DNA of 64,000 nt from Candidatus Omnitrophota bacterium (GTDB taxonomy: Bacteria > Omnitrophota > Gorgyraeia > 1-14-0-20-64-10), in contig JACQCH010000057.1 in the NCBI GenBank assembly GCA_016201735.1, forward strand, positions 18 to 64,017. Direction: 5' to 3'. This document shows positions 1-10,228 of the stretch, one piece after another (within the stretch, counting starts at the first letter, position 1; the number at the start of each line of letters is the position of its first letter). The notes beneath the pieces are model-generated. The model saw nothing but the letters and a program-made list of their open reading frames with translations, ran no database searches and was not told the origin of the DNA. The position numbers were made by a program, and so were the translations under genes.

Positions 1-510
1 ACTCGATGATGGCTGGCATAAAGCTCCCCTTTCGTGTTGGGGGAGCCACCTCCAATGCCTCAATTGAGGGAAAGGTTATGCCTATCATACGTCAGAGAGA
101 AGTGATTTTGCAAAAGTCCAGTTAGAATCAAAAACCTTAGGAAGGAGCAGCACCACAAAATCGCGTTGAAGTTGATCCGCAACTACGGCTTGATTGCTGT
201 GGAGTGCTTGGGTGTTCATAGAATGCTCAAGAACCACAGGCTTGCCCGTGCGATATCCGATGTCGCTTGGAGCAGCTTCATGAACATCCTGAAATCCAAG
301 GCTGAAAGTGCCGGGATTCCAGTTGTAGAAGTTGAATCGGGGGGAACGAGCCAAGTTTGTAGCGCTTGTGGCTGCGTAGTGGAAAAAATGCTGTCTGTTC
401 GTTGGCATCATTGCCATCGCTGTGGATTTTCCATTCATCGTGATCACAACGCTGCTCTCAATATTCTAGGTCGTGCTTTGCAGGCACGGACGGTGCCTGT
501 TGGGGCGTAA
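1..510 (+). pseudogene. tnpB: IS200/IS605-family TnpB (OrfB) C-terminal remnant, frameshifted and truncated; RuvC-II/III and zinc-finger region retained
   Basis: Frame 1 (112-510) reads ...HHKIALKLIRNYGLIAVECLGVHRMLKNHRLARAISDVAWSSF...TSQVCSACGCV...HCHRCGFSIHRDHNAALNIL, typical of the TnpB RuvC-II E, CxxC...CxxC finger and RuvC-III HRDxNAA. Frame 3 of 3-116 reads MAGIKLPF..., which is TnpB-like and interrupted by stops. A frameshift falls near nt 100-120. Confidence 0.7.
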
Positions 511-568
511 CGTGAGCTGCTGGGCTGTGCGTGCCCCAAGAAGCCGCCTGACTTATTGGGCGGAGTAG

Positions 569-1243
569 TCACAGTCTCCCGTCCTTTAATAAGAGGACAC
601 GCGAAGCGATTCGCTGGAGCACCGGCTCGTGAGTCACAATGACAAACGTCGTCCCCTGCTCCCGGTGAAGCCCCGCCAGCAGTTTCAAGATTTCTGATCC
701 GGTCTCGGAATCCAAGTTCCCGGTCGGCTCGTCGCAAAACAGGAGCGGCGGCCGGTTCACCAGGGCCCGGGCCAGCGCCACCCGCTGCTGCTCCCCGCCG
801 GAGAGTTCTGTCGGCCGATGGGAGAGCCGATGCCGCAAGCCGACCTGCTCCAGAATCTCCTGCGCCGCTTTAAGGGCCGATCGGGAAGGCCCCGCCCCGT
901 TGCGGATCCAGCCGGCCAGCGCCACATTCTCCAGCGCCGTCAACTCCGGAACCAGATGATAAGACTGGAACACGAATCCGAAGGAAAGGTTCCGGGTCCT
1001 TGCCAGCTCTCCATCCCCCAGGGCGTACAGATCCTTCCCTTGAAACCGGACCTTCCCGCCGGTCGGCCAGTCCAATCCTCCCAAAAGATGGAGCAGGGTC
1101 GACTTCCCCGACCCCGACGGGCCGACGATCACCACCGCCTCCCCCTCGGCGACGGAAAAGTCGACGCCGCGGAGCACCTCAACCTGCCGCGTCCCCTGCC
1201 GGTACGTCTTCTTCAGCCCGACCGCCTGCAACAGCGATTTCAT
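569..1243 (-). CDS. lolD: Lipoprotein-releasing system ATP-binding protein LolD (ABC ATPase)
   Basis: Has Walker A GPSGSGKST, LSGGEQQRVALARAL and the Walker B DEPTGNLD motif. MacB/LolD-type ABC ATPase; stop overlaps upstream lolC (ATGA). Confidence 0.85.
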   Translation of the reverse strand: MKSLLQAVGLKKTYRQGTRQVEVLRGVDFSVAEGEAVVIVGPSGSGKSTLLHLLGGLDWPTGGKVRFQGKDLYALGDGELARTRNLSFGFVFQSYHLVPELTALENVALAGWIRNGAGPSRSALKAAQEILEQVGLRHRLSHRPTELSGGEQQRVALARALVNRPPLLFCDEPTGNLDSETGSEILKLLAGLHREQGTTFVIVTHEPVLQRIASRVLLLKDGRL

Positions 1244-2427
1244 TCGTATCGCAGCGCCTCGGCCGGCTGCAGACGAGCCGCCACCCAGGCCGGATACACA
1301 CAGGAGGCCCAGCTGATCGCCAGCGCCGCCAATATCACCGCTCCCGCGTCCGGCCATTCCAACTTCACCGGCAGGCGGTCAATGTAATAAATCTCCGGCG
1401 GAAGCCGAATGAACTGATACTTCCCCAGCGCCGCGCAGAGGCTTAAGCCGATCCCCGCCCCGAGCAATGTCCCGGTCACCCCGATCAAAAGCCCCGCCCA
1501 GGTAAAGATCCGCCGGATCGAACGGGAGTTCGCCCCGATCGACTTTAAGATCCCGATCTCCTTGGTCTTGGCCACCACCATCATCAGGATCGTCGCGATG
1601 ATGTTGAAGCAGGCAACCAGAACGATCAGCGAAAGCAGAATGAACATCGCCGTCTTCTCCAGCTTCAGGGCATCGAAGAGGGTCCGGTTCGATTCCATCC
1701 AGCTGACCACCCAGTACGGAAATCCCAGCCGGCGCCGGAGTTCTTTTTTAACCGAAGCGGCCCGGACCGCTTGTTGAACCCGAACGCCGATCCCGGAGAT
1801 TTTCCCCGGCTGATTCAACAGGGCCTGCACCGTCGGCAGAGAGCAGAGGGCCAGGTGAAGATCGTAATCGTAATAGCCGGTCGTGAACGTCCCGCCGACC
1901 GTCGCCGACTGGGGTGTGGGTTTCTTGCCTGGCACGATCACGCTGATCGGGTCCCCCTCTTGAACCCCCAACCGCCCGGCAAGCTCCGACCCTAAAAAGA
2001 TCTCCCCCTCTCTCGGGGGCCATCTGCCGCTGACCACCGAGTCGGCCACCCCGGTGACCCGCTTCTCCCGGTCCGGCTCCACCCCCCGCAGGATCACCCC
2101 TTCGCCCCGCTCCTTCTGCTGAAGAAGCACCTCGGCGTGAATGTAGGGAGAGGCTGCCACCACTCCGGGAGTCTCTTCAATCCGTTTCAGAAGAGAGTCG
2201 ACATCGGCGATCCCTCCTTCGGCTTCCACCCGCAGATGGGGATTGGCCCCGACGATCTTCGCTTCCAGATCGGCGTCGAACCCGCTCATCACCCCCAGGA
2301 CCACGAGCAGGGCCGCCACGCCGACGGCCACGCCGAGCACCGAGATCGCCGCGATCACCGACACAAACGGCTGCTGCCGTTTCAGCCCCACCAGGTACCT
2401 CATCGCCAGAAACAGCTCGTACCGCAT
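1240..2427 (-). CDS. lolC: Lipoprotein-releasing system permease LolC/LolE (FtsX-like)
   Basis: MRYELFLAMRYL... N-terminal TM, large periplasmic loop, C-terminal FtsX-type 3-TM bundle; coupled to lolD. Confidence 0.8.
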   Translation of the reverse strand: MRYELFLAMRYLVGLKRQQPFVSVIAAISVLGVAVGVAALLVVLGVMSGFDADLEAKIVGANPHLRVEAEGGIADVDSLLKRIEETPGVVAASPYIHAEVLLQQKERGEGVILRGVEPDREKRVTGVADSVVSGRWPPREGEIFLGSELAGRLGVQEGDPISVIVPGKKPTPQSATVGGTFTTGYYDYDLHLALCSLPTVQALLNQPGKISGIGVRVQQAVRAASVKKELRRRLGFPYWVVSWMESNRTLFDALKLEKTAMFILLSLIVLVACFNIIATILMMVVAKTKEIGILKSIGANSRSIRRIFTWAGLLIGVTGTLLGAGIGLSLCAALGKYQFIRLPPEIYYIDRLPVKLEWPDAGAVILAALAISWASCVYPAWVAARLQPAEALRYE

Positions 2428-2430
2428 CCC

Positions 2431-2856
2431 CTAAACAGCCCTTCCCGATCGGCGTATTCTCTTGGCCGCTTTTCTCAAGACATTCTCCACGAACCGAAAA
2501 TAGTCCACTGCCTCTTTCTCAGTGACAATCGTCCCCCCTCCATAAAAATCGTCATTTCTTTTCATCCGCATGGCATTCCCAACCATCATAAGATCATCGT
2601 CGCGAAGAATCTCGCTCATTTTCCCCAATATCTTGACATGATGACCTGGAATACCCCTCACCCGCACCTGCCCCACATGAGCCAACAGGGCAATACCTGC
2701 CTTAATCAAGGCCTGGTAGCCGTATGAAAATTTAACTTCCGGGATAGAATCCTTCCGGGCGATCTCCAAATCTCGAAGCGCGTTTTTGAAATAACGCTCG
2801 ACCTGGTCCCGCGTGAACTCAAATCTTTGAAAATACTCTTTCTCAAAACCCTTCAC
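2431..2856 (-). CDS. HEPN-like / nucleotidyltransferase substrate-binding helical protein (toxin-like partner of MNT)
   Basis: 141-aa helical protein. 4-bp overlap with upstream nucleotidyltransferase gene. R-N-x-x-F-Y where HepT has RNxxxHxY. Locus GC ~48% versus ~62% genome. Confidence 0.5.
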   Translation of the reverse strand: MKGFEKEYFQRFEFTRDQVERYFKNALRDLEIARKDSIPEVKFSYGYQALIKAGIALLAHVGQVRVRGIPGHHVKILGKMSEILRDDDLMMVGNAMRMKRNDDFYGGGTIVTEKEAVDYFRFVENVLRKAAKRIRRSGRAV

Positions 2857-3395
2857 AGGACAATGACCTTGTCCTTCCGAACGATGGAGCGGATCAGCGG
2901 ATCGGATCTCTTCTTTTTTTCATATTCGGCCGGGCTCAGACTGACCACGTTCATCTCACGGTCGATCTTCCTCTGCAGCAAAGCGACCTGCCGCTGAAGA
3001 TCCACGGTGCTGTGGTCTCCAACCACAAGCAGGTCCAAATCGCTGGAAAGATTCATCCGATTCCCCGCGTACGACCCGAACAATACGGCCGACCGGATTC
3101 CCCGCACCTTGCCAAGCGCCTCACGCAAAAAGGCTTCCAGGCCAACGGTCTTTAAGACGATTTTTTTATACTCCTGAAGCAGGGGAAAAGAAGGGTTGAG
3201 CCGATAATAGCGCTGGTTCCCCTGCCATTCGCTCTTGAGGATTTTCTCTCCCTCTAATTCTTTCAATTTACGAATCAGGTTCCCGCGATCCACCCCAAAC
3301 CGACGGCACATCTCATTCACGTAGAGCTGGCTGCTCTCCTGAAGAAAGAAATGGCCTAAAACCTTTTGCGCGATTTCCGACCGAAGATTTACCAT
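2853..3395 (-). CDS. Winged-helix + minimal nucleotidyltransferase (MNT/MntA-like antitoxin)
   Basis: N-terminal wHTH (GVDRGNLIRKLKELE), then the NTase motif LFGSYAGN...SDLDLLVV. Paired with the downstream HEPN-like gene. Confidence 0.65.
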   Translation of the reverse strand: MVNLRSEIAQKVLGHFFLQESSQLYVNEMCRRFGVDRGNLIRKLKELEGEKILKSEWQGNQRYYRLNPSFPLLQEYKKIVLKTVGLEAFLREALGKVRGIRSAVLFGSYAGNRMNLSSDLDLLVVGDHSTVDLQRQVALLQRKIDREMNVVSLSPAEYEKKKRSDPLIRSIVRKDKVIVL

Positions 3396-3529
3396 GGCTA
3401 TGAGGCCGCCGTCTGAATATACACCAATGAGTGTAACTTAATACACTAATCTTTGCAAACGAAAAGGCCCCGCCGACTCGGCTAACACGAGATCTCCGCG
3501 GGCAAACGCTGTCCAATCATGCGGCTCGG

Positions 3530-3712
3530 TCATAGAGAACCTTCCCTTTGCCGTCGGGTGTCTTTCACGATCGCCAGATCAATGTCGCTCCATTCATGAG
3601 TGGTTCCTTGCGCTAATGATCCGAACAAGATGATGCGCTCTGGTTTGTATTCCCGAACAATCACTCGGATCATTCGCCGGAGTTCCTGTTCCAGCAAGGA
3701 TTTTCTGCTCAT
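3530..3712 (-). CDS. Truncated minimal nucleotidyltransferase (MNT) fragment, probably a decaying second TA module
   Basis: ILFGSLAQGTTHEWSDIDLAIV gives the GS...DxD NTase core, but the ORF is only 60 aa. It overlaps the lysS 3' end by 4 nt and is followed by an ATGA-coupled 31-aa ORF (3438-3533). Confidence 0.5.
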   Translation of the reverse strand: MSRKSLLEQELRRMIRVIVREYKPERIILFGSLAQGTTHEWSDIDLAIVKDTRRQREGSL

Positions 3713-5208
3713 GCTTTCGCTTCCTTCTCCTCGGGGCGGAGGGTTGGGAACAAAATCACGTCCCGGATCGACTCCTGCTGGGTCAGCAGCATCGCCAGCC
3801 GGTCGATGCCGATCCCTAGGCCGCCGGCCGGCGGCATTCCGTACTCCAGTGCCTCCAGGAAATCTTCGTCCACCGGCTGGGCCAGCTCTCCCCCAAAATC
3901 TTGGGAAGCCTGTAGGCTGTGGCGTTGCTCGATCGGGTCGTTCTGCTCGGTGTAGGCGTTGGCCACCTCCAGACCCCCGATAAAAAGCTCAAACCGGTCC
4001 GCAATCCCTGGCCGGTCTGTAATTGACTTGGCTAAAGGCGAAAAAAAGGAGAAGAAATCGATAACGAAGATGGGGGATTCCTCTTCTCCTTCTAGAACAA
4101 CTTCTTCCAACAATTCCGTCACAAGCTTGGCAAGTTGATTCCGAGGAATTCTGGCCAGACCTTTTTTCCCTTCTTTCAATTCCCCAGAGAATCCCTCGAG
4201 AGCGATCTGAGGGATTTTGCTCGCCATCTCCTCTAAGGAATCAGTCGGTTCAATCTTGTATCTTTGTCTAGCCATTTCGGCAAACGACACCGTCGGCCAG
4301 GGACGAGTCAGATCGATTGTCTTGCCACCATACTTCAGTTTCAAACCGCCCTTTAATTCTTGGGCCAACACGGTGATGAGGTCCTGGGTGAGATCCATCA
4401 TGGAGGCGCAGTTGCCGTACGCCTCGTACACCTCCAGCATGGTGAACTCCGGGTTGTGCCGGGTGGAGAGCCCTTCGTTGCGGAAGTTCCGGTTGATCTC
4501 GTAGACTTTGTCGAAGCCGCCCACCAGGAGTCGCTTCAGGTAAAGTTCCGGCGCGATCCGCAGATAAAGGTCCATTCCCAACGCGTTGTGATGGGTCTTG
4601 AACGGCTTGCCGGCCGCCCCACCCGGGATCGGCTGCATCATCGGGGTCTCCACCTCCAGGAATCCTCGTCCATCGAGAAACCGCCGGATCCCACTGACTA
4701 ACCGGCTTCGCAGTTGAAACGCCTCTCGGGTCTCCGGGTTGCTCATCAGGTCCAGGTACCGCTTCCGATATTTCAGCTCCCGGTTCTGGAGGCCGTGCCA
4801 TTTTTCCGGAGGAGGCCGCAGGGCCTTCGACAGCAGATGCCATTCGGAAACCCGGATCGTCTTTTCTCCGGTCTTCGTGGTGAAGGATTCTCCCTCGGCC
4901 GCGACGATATCTCCCAGATCGAGGGTCGCCGCGATGAGGGGATACTTCTCTTTCAGAATCTCCTCGGAGAAAAACAGCTGGATCTTGCCGGTCTGGTCCT
5001 TGAGATCCCCGAAAGCGATTTTCCCCTGGCCCCGCAGAGCGGTCAGCCGGCCGGCCACATGCAGAGTTTGCCCCTCTTTAAAACCGGCCAGAAGTTCTTG
5101 GATCGACCCGTCCCGTTTGAAGGCAGTCTGGTACGGATCGGGCCCGGTCTTTCGGGCCGCCTCTAATTTTGTAACTCGTTGTTTGACAAGCTGATCCAGC
5201 GCTTCCAT
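3709..5208 (-). CDS. lysS: Lysine--tRNA ligase, class II
   Basis: N-terminal OB anticodon-binding domain; class II motifs (FRNEG, GGLGIGIDRLAML); full-length 499 aa. Confidence 0.95.
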   Translation of the reverse strand: MEALDQLVKQRVTKLEAARKTGPDPYQTAFKRDGSIQELLAGFKEGQTLHVAGRLTALRGQGKIAFGDLKDQTGKIQLFFSEEILKEKYPLIAATLDLGDIVAAEGESFTTKTGEKTIRVSEWHLLSKALRPPPEKWHGLQNRELKYRKRYLDLMSNPETREAFQLRSRLVSGIRRFLDGRGFLEVETPMMQPIPGGAAGKPFKTHHNALGMDLYLRIAPELYLKRLLVGGFDKVYEINRNFRNEGLSTRHNPEFTMLEVYEAYGNCASMMDLTQDLITVLAQELKGGLKLKYGGKTIDLTRPWPTVSFAEMARQRYKIEPTDSLEEMASKIPQIALEGFSGELKEGKKGLARIPRNQLAKLVTELLEEVVLEGEEESPIFVIDFFSFFSPLAKSITDRPGIADRFELFIGGLEVANAYTEQNDPIEQRHSLQASQDFGGELAQPVDEDFLEALEYGMPPAGGLGIGIDRLAMLLTQQESIRDVILFPTLRPEEKEAKA

Positions 5209-5216
5209 TTTTCGGC

Positions 5217-6809
5217 CTAAAGTTCCTTATTATACCCCTTTCTCGACGGAAGGAAAGCCCATCCTAAAAACAACAAACAGAGCCAGATAAACCAATCTCC
5301 CCACCGGCCGTAAAAAGTGGGACGCGACATTGCCGCCGCCGGGACAGCCAGTTCCGCGGCGGCCACGCCCGGTTTGAAACGAGGAGCTTGGGAAGGAGGC
5401 GGTAATCGCCGGCCGCATGGATCCACAAATCCAGACCATCCGGTATTGGCCGCCCGAACCACCCAGACCCGATTTTCCACAGCCCGGAACACGGATGCCT
5501 GGAGATGTTGGAGCGAAGCGGCAGAGTGCTTGAACCAGGCATCGTTGGTAATCACTACCAGCCATTCGGCCCCTTCCCGGACAAAGCGGCGGGACAGCCC
5601 GGGAAAAAGATCCTCGAAGCAGATCAGGACAGAAAAGGGGGGCACCCCGGAACGAAATACTGTGTACCGGTTCCCCGGCGAGAATTCTCCCATCAAAACG
5701 AAGTTCCGCAGCCATCCCAGCACGGGTTGAAGCGGCAGGTATTCTCCGAAAGGAACCAGATGCACCTTGTCGTAACGTTCCAAGACCGTTCCATCCGACC
5801 CGATCAACGCCGCGCTGTTGTATTCCCGCTCGATCTGTCGCCCGGAAAGGTGGTCCGGCGCAGTCCTGATCAGAGGGACCCCTGCCAAAAAGGGCGTTCG
5901 GCTTTCTTGAGCAATCTTTCGAAGCCGATCGGCAACGAGCGCGTCATCGAGAAACCCAGGAACGGAAGTTTCAGGCCAGAGGATCAGATCCGGCTTCGCT
6001 TTCGCCGCTTCTTGGATCAACGACTCATACCGCTTCCAGATCGCCTCGGCGAAGGCGTCGTCCCACTTCTGCGGCTGGGGGATGTTCCCCTGCACGATCG
6101 ACACCTTGAAGGAGGAGGAGCCAGCATCCGCGGCCCCAATCTGTTGAAGGCGAACATTTCCGTAGACCAGCGCAAGGAGAAGGAATCCCCCAGCAATTAT
6201 GTCATCTCGAGCCACGAAGTGGCGAGAGATCTCGAGATCTCTCACTTCGTTCGAGATGACGCTTCGCGTCAGATTTCTCGGCTTCGCCTCGAAATGACGG
6301 CGTCGAACCCATTCCCAAACAGCGACGTTGACCAGAACGACTAAGAAGGAGACGCCGTAAACGCCGGTCAAGTCGGCGATCTGGATCAGGGAAATCCAAT
6401 TCCACTGGGTATGGGCCAGGAGATTCCAGCCCAGGCCGGTCAGAAGGTGCCCGCGCAAATATTCCAGGACCACCCACGCCGCCGGCAGCCCGAACAGAAG
6501 CCGAAGTGACAGGCCCGTTCCCGAGGGGACCGTGAGTCGACGCGCGAGCCACCCCCACACTCCGAAATACAACGCCAGGTACGGGATGAGTAGAATCGTG
6601 CCGGGGATCGTGACGTGAACCAACCATCCCATCGTGCCGCCGAAAAACAGCAGGCCGACGAGAGCACTGCGAAGGAAGGCCTGCCGGGGAGCCGCGGCCT
6701 GGATCGCGCAGAGCCAGGGCACAAGCGCGACCCAGGCCACCCACCCGAAATCAAAGGGGGGATAACTTAAGATCAGGAGGGCGGCAGATAGGAAAAGTTG
6801 TATCATCAA
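5217..6809 (-). CDS. lnt: Apolipoprotein N-acyltransferase
   Basis: Multi-TM N-terminus plus a CN-hydrolase domain (SIVQGNIPQ...LILWPETSVP...VLICFE); 530 aa. Confidence 0.9.
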   Translation of the reverse strand: MMIQLFLSAALLILSYPPFDFGWVAWVALVPWLCAIQAAAPRQAFLRSALVGLLFFGGTMGWLVHVTIPGTILLIPYLALYFGVWGWLARRLTVPSGTGLSLRLLFGLPAAWVVLEYLRGHLLTGLGWNLLAHTQWNWISLIQIADLTGVYGVSFLVVLVNVAVWEWVRRRHFEAKPRNLTRSVISNEVRDLEISRHFVARDDIIAGGFLLLALVYGNVRLQQIGAADAGSSSFKVSIVQGNIPQPQKWDDAFAEAIWKRYESLIQEAAKAKPDLILWPETSVPGFLDDALVADRLRKIAQESRTPFLAGVPLIRTAPDHLSGRQIEREYNSAALIGSDGTVLERYDKVHLVPFGEYLPLQPVLGWLRNFVLMGEFSPGNRYTVFRSGVPPFSVLICFEDLFPGLSRRFVREGAEWLVVITNDAWFKHSAASLQHLQASVFRAVENRVWVVRAANTGWSGFVDPCGRRLPPPSQAPRFKPGVAAAELAVPAAAMSRPTFYGRWGDWFIWLCLLFLGWAFLPSRKGYNKEL

Positions 6810-6832
6810 CGGCCGTCATTTGCGAACGTCCC

Positions 6833-7204
6833 TTACCGCTGGCTTCCCAGTTGAGGAATCCCCGTCGAGAGTACGATCTTCATCGCCTCTTCCTCGGTGA
6901 ATCCTTGGGCAATCAACGCCTTATAGTAATTTCGCATAAAGGTGGCCACATTCTGGGCGAACTCCGGTTTCGCCATCGCCCGGCCCATCCCTTCCATCAT
7001 CAACCCCATCATATTGCCCATCATCTGCTGCATCATCGCCTGCTGATCTTCCGCCGAAGGCCTTTCGGCCGGCTGCTCCAACGGGGCCGCTTCCTCGGAC
7101 GATCCGGCTCTCGGGCGATCCTTCTGGACCGGCGCCGCCGCGGCTGAAGTCACCAGCGATCCTGTAATCAAAATTCCAACAATCACCCACTCAAATCGAA
7201 TCAT
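6833..7204 (-). CDS. Small secreted Met-rich protein (possible periplasmic metal-binding/chaperone-like)
   Basis: Signal peptide; MMQQMMGNMMGLMMEGMG methionine cluster; good SD (GGGAGG) 8 nt upstream of ATG. Confidence 0.5.
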   Translation of the reverse strand: MIRFEWVIVGILITGSLVTSAAAAPVQKDRPRAGSSEEAAPLEQPAERPSAEDQQAMMQQMMGNMMGLMMEGMGRAMAKPEFAQNVATFMRNYYKALIAQGFTEEEAMKIVLSTGIPQLGSQR

Positions 7205-7226
7205 TTAGTATTCCTCCCATTCTGTC

Positions 7227-7278
7227 ATCCTCGCGAAAGCGAGGATCAACTCGGCATAGATTCCCGCTTCCGCGGGAA
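7227..7278 (-). terminator. Two tandem GC hairpins between secA 3' end and the next gene
   Basis: atcctcgcGAAAgcgaggat (GNRA loop) and ttcccgcTTCCgcgggaa; both read as minus-strand RNA downstream of secA stop. Confidence 0.4.
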
Positions 7279-7297
7279 TGACCGAACATTCGTTGAT

Positions 7298-10198
7298 TCA
7301 TGCGCCGTGGCACTTCTTATATTTCACTGGCTTCCCCTCTCCATCTACCTTGCCACAGGGACAGGGGTCGTTTCGACCCACCTTCGGCTGATCGCGCCGA
7401 ACCGGCGCGAAAGCTTCCCGAGCTGCTTGCGGGCCTGGCTCAAAACCGGGCGAGAGGGGATCCACGACCGTGTCGTAACGCATCGTCGGATTGGGCTGAG
7501 GAAAAACGGCGGCCGCCGCCGGGCTGGGGGCCTCGGGATGAAGGAACTGGGTCGGCTCCAGGATCCGAGCCGCCCGTTCCGCCCGGACCGCCTGAATCTT
7601 GAAGATCAGCTCGACCAGCTCCTGCCGGATCGATTCCACCATCCGGGTGAACATCTCGTACGCCTCATGCTGATACTCGACGAGCGGATCCTGCTGGCCG
7701 TACACCCGGTAGCTGATCCCCTCCCGAAGGTGGTCCATCCCGTACAGGTGATCCTTCCACTTGGCATCGATCACCTGCAGCATCACCCATTGTTCCAGGC
7801 GGCGGAATTGTTCTTTTCCAAACTCCAGCTCCCGGGCCTCGTACGCCTTGTGGGCCGCGTCGATCACCTGATCCACCAACGTTTTCCGGTCGGGGCGATC
7901 CTCCTCCTCGATCTGCCGGGCCGCTTCCAGCGGCATCTGAACGTTGAATTGGGACGACATCAGATCCCGCAGCCCCTTCAAATCCCATTCCTCCGGGGAC
8001 TGATGGTCCGGGGCGTGGAGGGCCAGGATTCCCTCGACCGCTTCGTCCAACATCCCCAGGATCTTCGGCCGCAGCAGCTCCCCTTCCAGGACGGCCCGCC
8101 TCTGCTTGTAAATCACTTCCCTCTGCCGGTTCATCACGTTGTCGTACTCGAGCAGGCGCTTCCGGATCTCAAAGTTCTGCATCTCCACCCGCTTCTGCGC
8201 CGTCTCGATCGCCCTGGAAAGCCATGGGTGTTCAATCGCCTCCCCCTCGGGGATCGCCGCCTTGGTCCACTCCAGCATCCGGTTCTCTCCGAAGAGCCGG
8301 ATCAGTTCATCCTCCAGCGAAAGGTAGAAGCGGCTCGACCCGGGGTCCCCCTGGCGGCCGGACCGGCCCCGCAGCTGGTTATCAATCCGACGGGCCTCGT
8401 GCCGCTCGGTGCCGAGCACATGGAGGCCTCCTAAAGCGACCACCTTCTGATGCTCCTCCTCCACCTGCCCCTGAACCCGGGCCTGGATCTCCTTCAACAA
8501 CTGCCCCTGCTTCTCGGGCGAAACTTCTTCTTTGGAGGGTTCCTCCAGCCGTTTGAACTCCGAGGCGACGAGGAATTGAAGATTCCCTCCGAGGAGGATG
8601 TCGGTTCCCCGCCCCGCCATGTTCGTGGCGATGGTCACCGCCCGGTGCCGGCCGGCCTGCGCGACGATCTGCGCTTCCATCTCGTGGTATTTGGCGTTCA
8701 AGACATGGTGCGGGATCTGGCGGGTTTTCAGGAGTTTGCTCAACCGCTCCGATTTCTCGATGGAAACCGTTCCCACCAGAACCGGCCGCCCCTTCTCATA
8801 GAGCTGGGCGATCTCCTCCACCACCGCTTTAAACTTCTCCCGTTCGCTCTTGAAAACCACGTCGGGGTGATTCGTCCGGATCAGGGCCTGGTTCGTTGGG
8901 ACCGTGATGACCTCCAGGGTGTAGATCTGATGAAATTCGGCCGCCTCCGTCGAGGCGGTGCCGGTCATCCCGGCGAGCTTGTCGTACATCCGGAAATAAT
9001 TCTGGAAGGTGATCGTCGCCAGGGTCTGATTCTCCCGCTCGATCTTGACCCCTTCCTTGGCCTCGATCGCCTGGTGCAGGCCGTCCGACCAGCGCCGCCC
9101 CGGCATGAGGCGGCCGGTGAATTCATCCACAATCACCACCTGGCCGTCCTTGAGCATGTAATCCACGTCCCGCTCGTAGAGCGTGTGCGCCCGGAGGGCC
9201 TGGTTGATGTGGTGGACCAGCGTGATGTTGGTGTCCTCGTACAGGTTCCCGACGTTGAGCAGCCCCTCCGCCTTCTTGACCCCTTCTTCGGTGAGGACCG
9301 CGGAGTGGGCCTTCTCGTCCACGGTGAAATCCGCCCCTTTGGCCAGGTTCGGGATGATCCGGTCGATCCGGTAATAAAGCTCGGTCGACTCCTCGGCCGG
9401 CCCGGAGATGATGAGCGGAGTCCTCGCCTCGTCGATCAGGATCGAGTCCACCTCATCGACGATCGCGTAGCACAACGGCCGCTGGACGCATTCCTCCACC
9501 GAGCCGGCCATGTTGTCCCGCAGATAATCGAACCCGAACTCGTTGTTCGTCCCGTAGGTGACGTCGCAGGCGTAGGCCGAGCGCCGGTCCTGCGGGTCCA
9601 TGTCGTGCTGGATCACCCCAACCGTCAAGCCCAGCGCCTCGTAGATCGGCCCCATCCAGTGCCGGTCCCGTTTGGCCAGGTAATCGTTCACCGTAACCAG
9701 ATGAACCCCCCGGCCCAACAGGGCGTTTAAGAAAACCGCCAGGGTGGCGACGAGTGTCTTCCCTTCTCCTGTCGCCATCTCGGCGATCTTTCCCTGATGG
9801 AGAACCATTCCCCCGATGAGCTGGACGTCGAAGTGCCGCATCGAAACGGTCCGGCGGCCCGCTTCCCGGACCAGGGCGAACGCCTCGGGCAGAATCTCAT
9901 CCATCGCTTGATTCTCTAGTTTGAGGCGGCGCTTCCTCCGCTGTTTCTTGACATCCTCATCCTCCGGTTCCATTTCCTGGTCCGGAACGGCTTCCGGCTC
10001 GAGGAGATCGCCGCCGAGCGCCTTGATCCGGCTCTGGAGCCGGGCCCGCAGATCCTGGGCCTTGGCCTTGAGCCCCGCGTCGTCCAGATTCTTCATCGAT
10101 GGCTCCAACCCATTGATCTGGGCGACGACGGGCCGTAGCTTCTTAATCAGGCGCTCGTTCTGAGAACCGATGATTTTGTCGACGATCCAATTCAACAT
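7298..10198 (-). CDS. secA: Preprotein translocase ATPase SecA
   Basis: 966 aa; DEAD-motor motifs, PPXD, C-terminal zinc finger [20 protein letters not shown]. Confidence 0.97.
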   Translation of the reverse strand: MLNWIVDKIIGSQNERLIKKLRPVVAQINGLEPSMKNLDDAGLKAKAQDLRARLQSRIKALGGDLLEPEAVPDQEMEPEDEDVKKQRRKRRLKLENQAMDEILPEAFALVREAGRRTVSMRHFDVQLIGGMVLHQGKIAEMATGEGKTLVATLAVFLNALLGRGVHLVTVNDYLAKRDRHWMGPIYEALGLTVGVIQHDMDPQDRRSAYACDVTYGTNNEFGFDYLRDNMAGSVEECVQRPLCYAIVDEVDSILIDEARTPLIISGPAEESTELYYRIDRIIPNLAKGADFTVDEKAHSAVLTEEGVKKAEGLLNVGNLYEDTNITLVHHINQALRAHTLYERDVDYMLKDGQVVIVDEFTGRLMPGRRWSDGLHQAIEAKEGVKIERENQTLATITFQNYFRMYDKLAGMTGTASTEAAEFHQIYTLEVITVPTNQALIRTNHPDVVFKSEREKFKAVVEEIAQLYEKGRPVLVGTVSIEKSERLSKLLKTRQIPHHVLNAKYHEMEAQIVAQAGRHRAVTIATNMAGRGTDILLGGNLQFLVASEFKRLEEPSKEEVSPEKQGQLLKEIQARVQGQVEEEHQKVVALGGLHVLGTERHEARRIDNQLRGRSGRQGDPGSSRFYLSLEDELIRLFGENRMLEWTKAAIPEGEAIEHPWLSRAIETAQKRVEMQNFEIRKRLLEYDNVMNRQREVIYKQRRAVLEGELLRPKILGMLDEAVEGILALHAPDHQSPEEWDLKGLRDLMSSQFNVQMPLEAARQIEEEDRPDRKTLVDQVIDAAHKAYEARELEFGKEQFRRLEQWVMLQVIDAKWKDHLYGMDHLREGISYRVYGQQDPLVEYQHEAYEMFTRMVESIRQELVELIFKIQAVRAERAARILEPTQFLHPEAPSPAAAAVFPQPNPTMRYDTVVDPLSPGFEPGPQAAREAFAPVRRDQPKVGRNDPCPCGKVDGEGKPVKYKKCHGA

Positions 10199-10228
10199 AT
10201 CAAGAAAGCGGTGAGAGGATTAATCCTC

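Noticed and set aside
7307-9730. Long plus-strand ORFs (375 aa and 426 aa) inside secA, and similar ones inside uvrC, lnt and tpsA
   Set aside because: These are antisense shadow ORFs typical of high-GC DNA. They are His/Arg/Pro-rich, have no motifs, and are fully embedded in strongly supported genes on the other strand.
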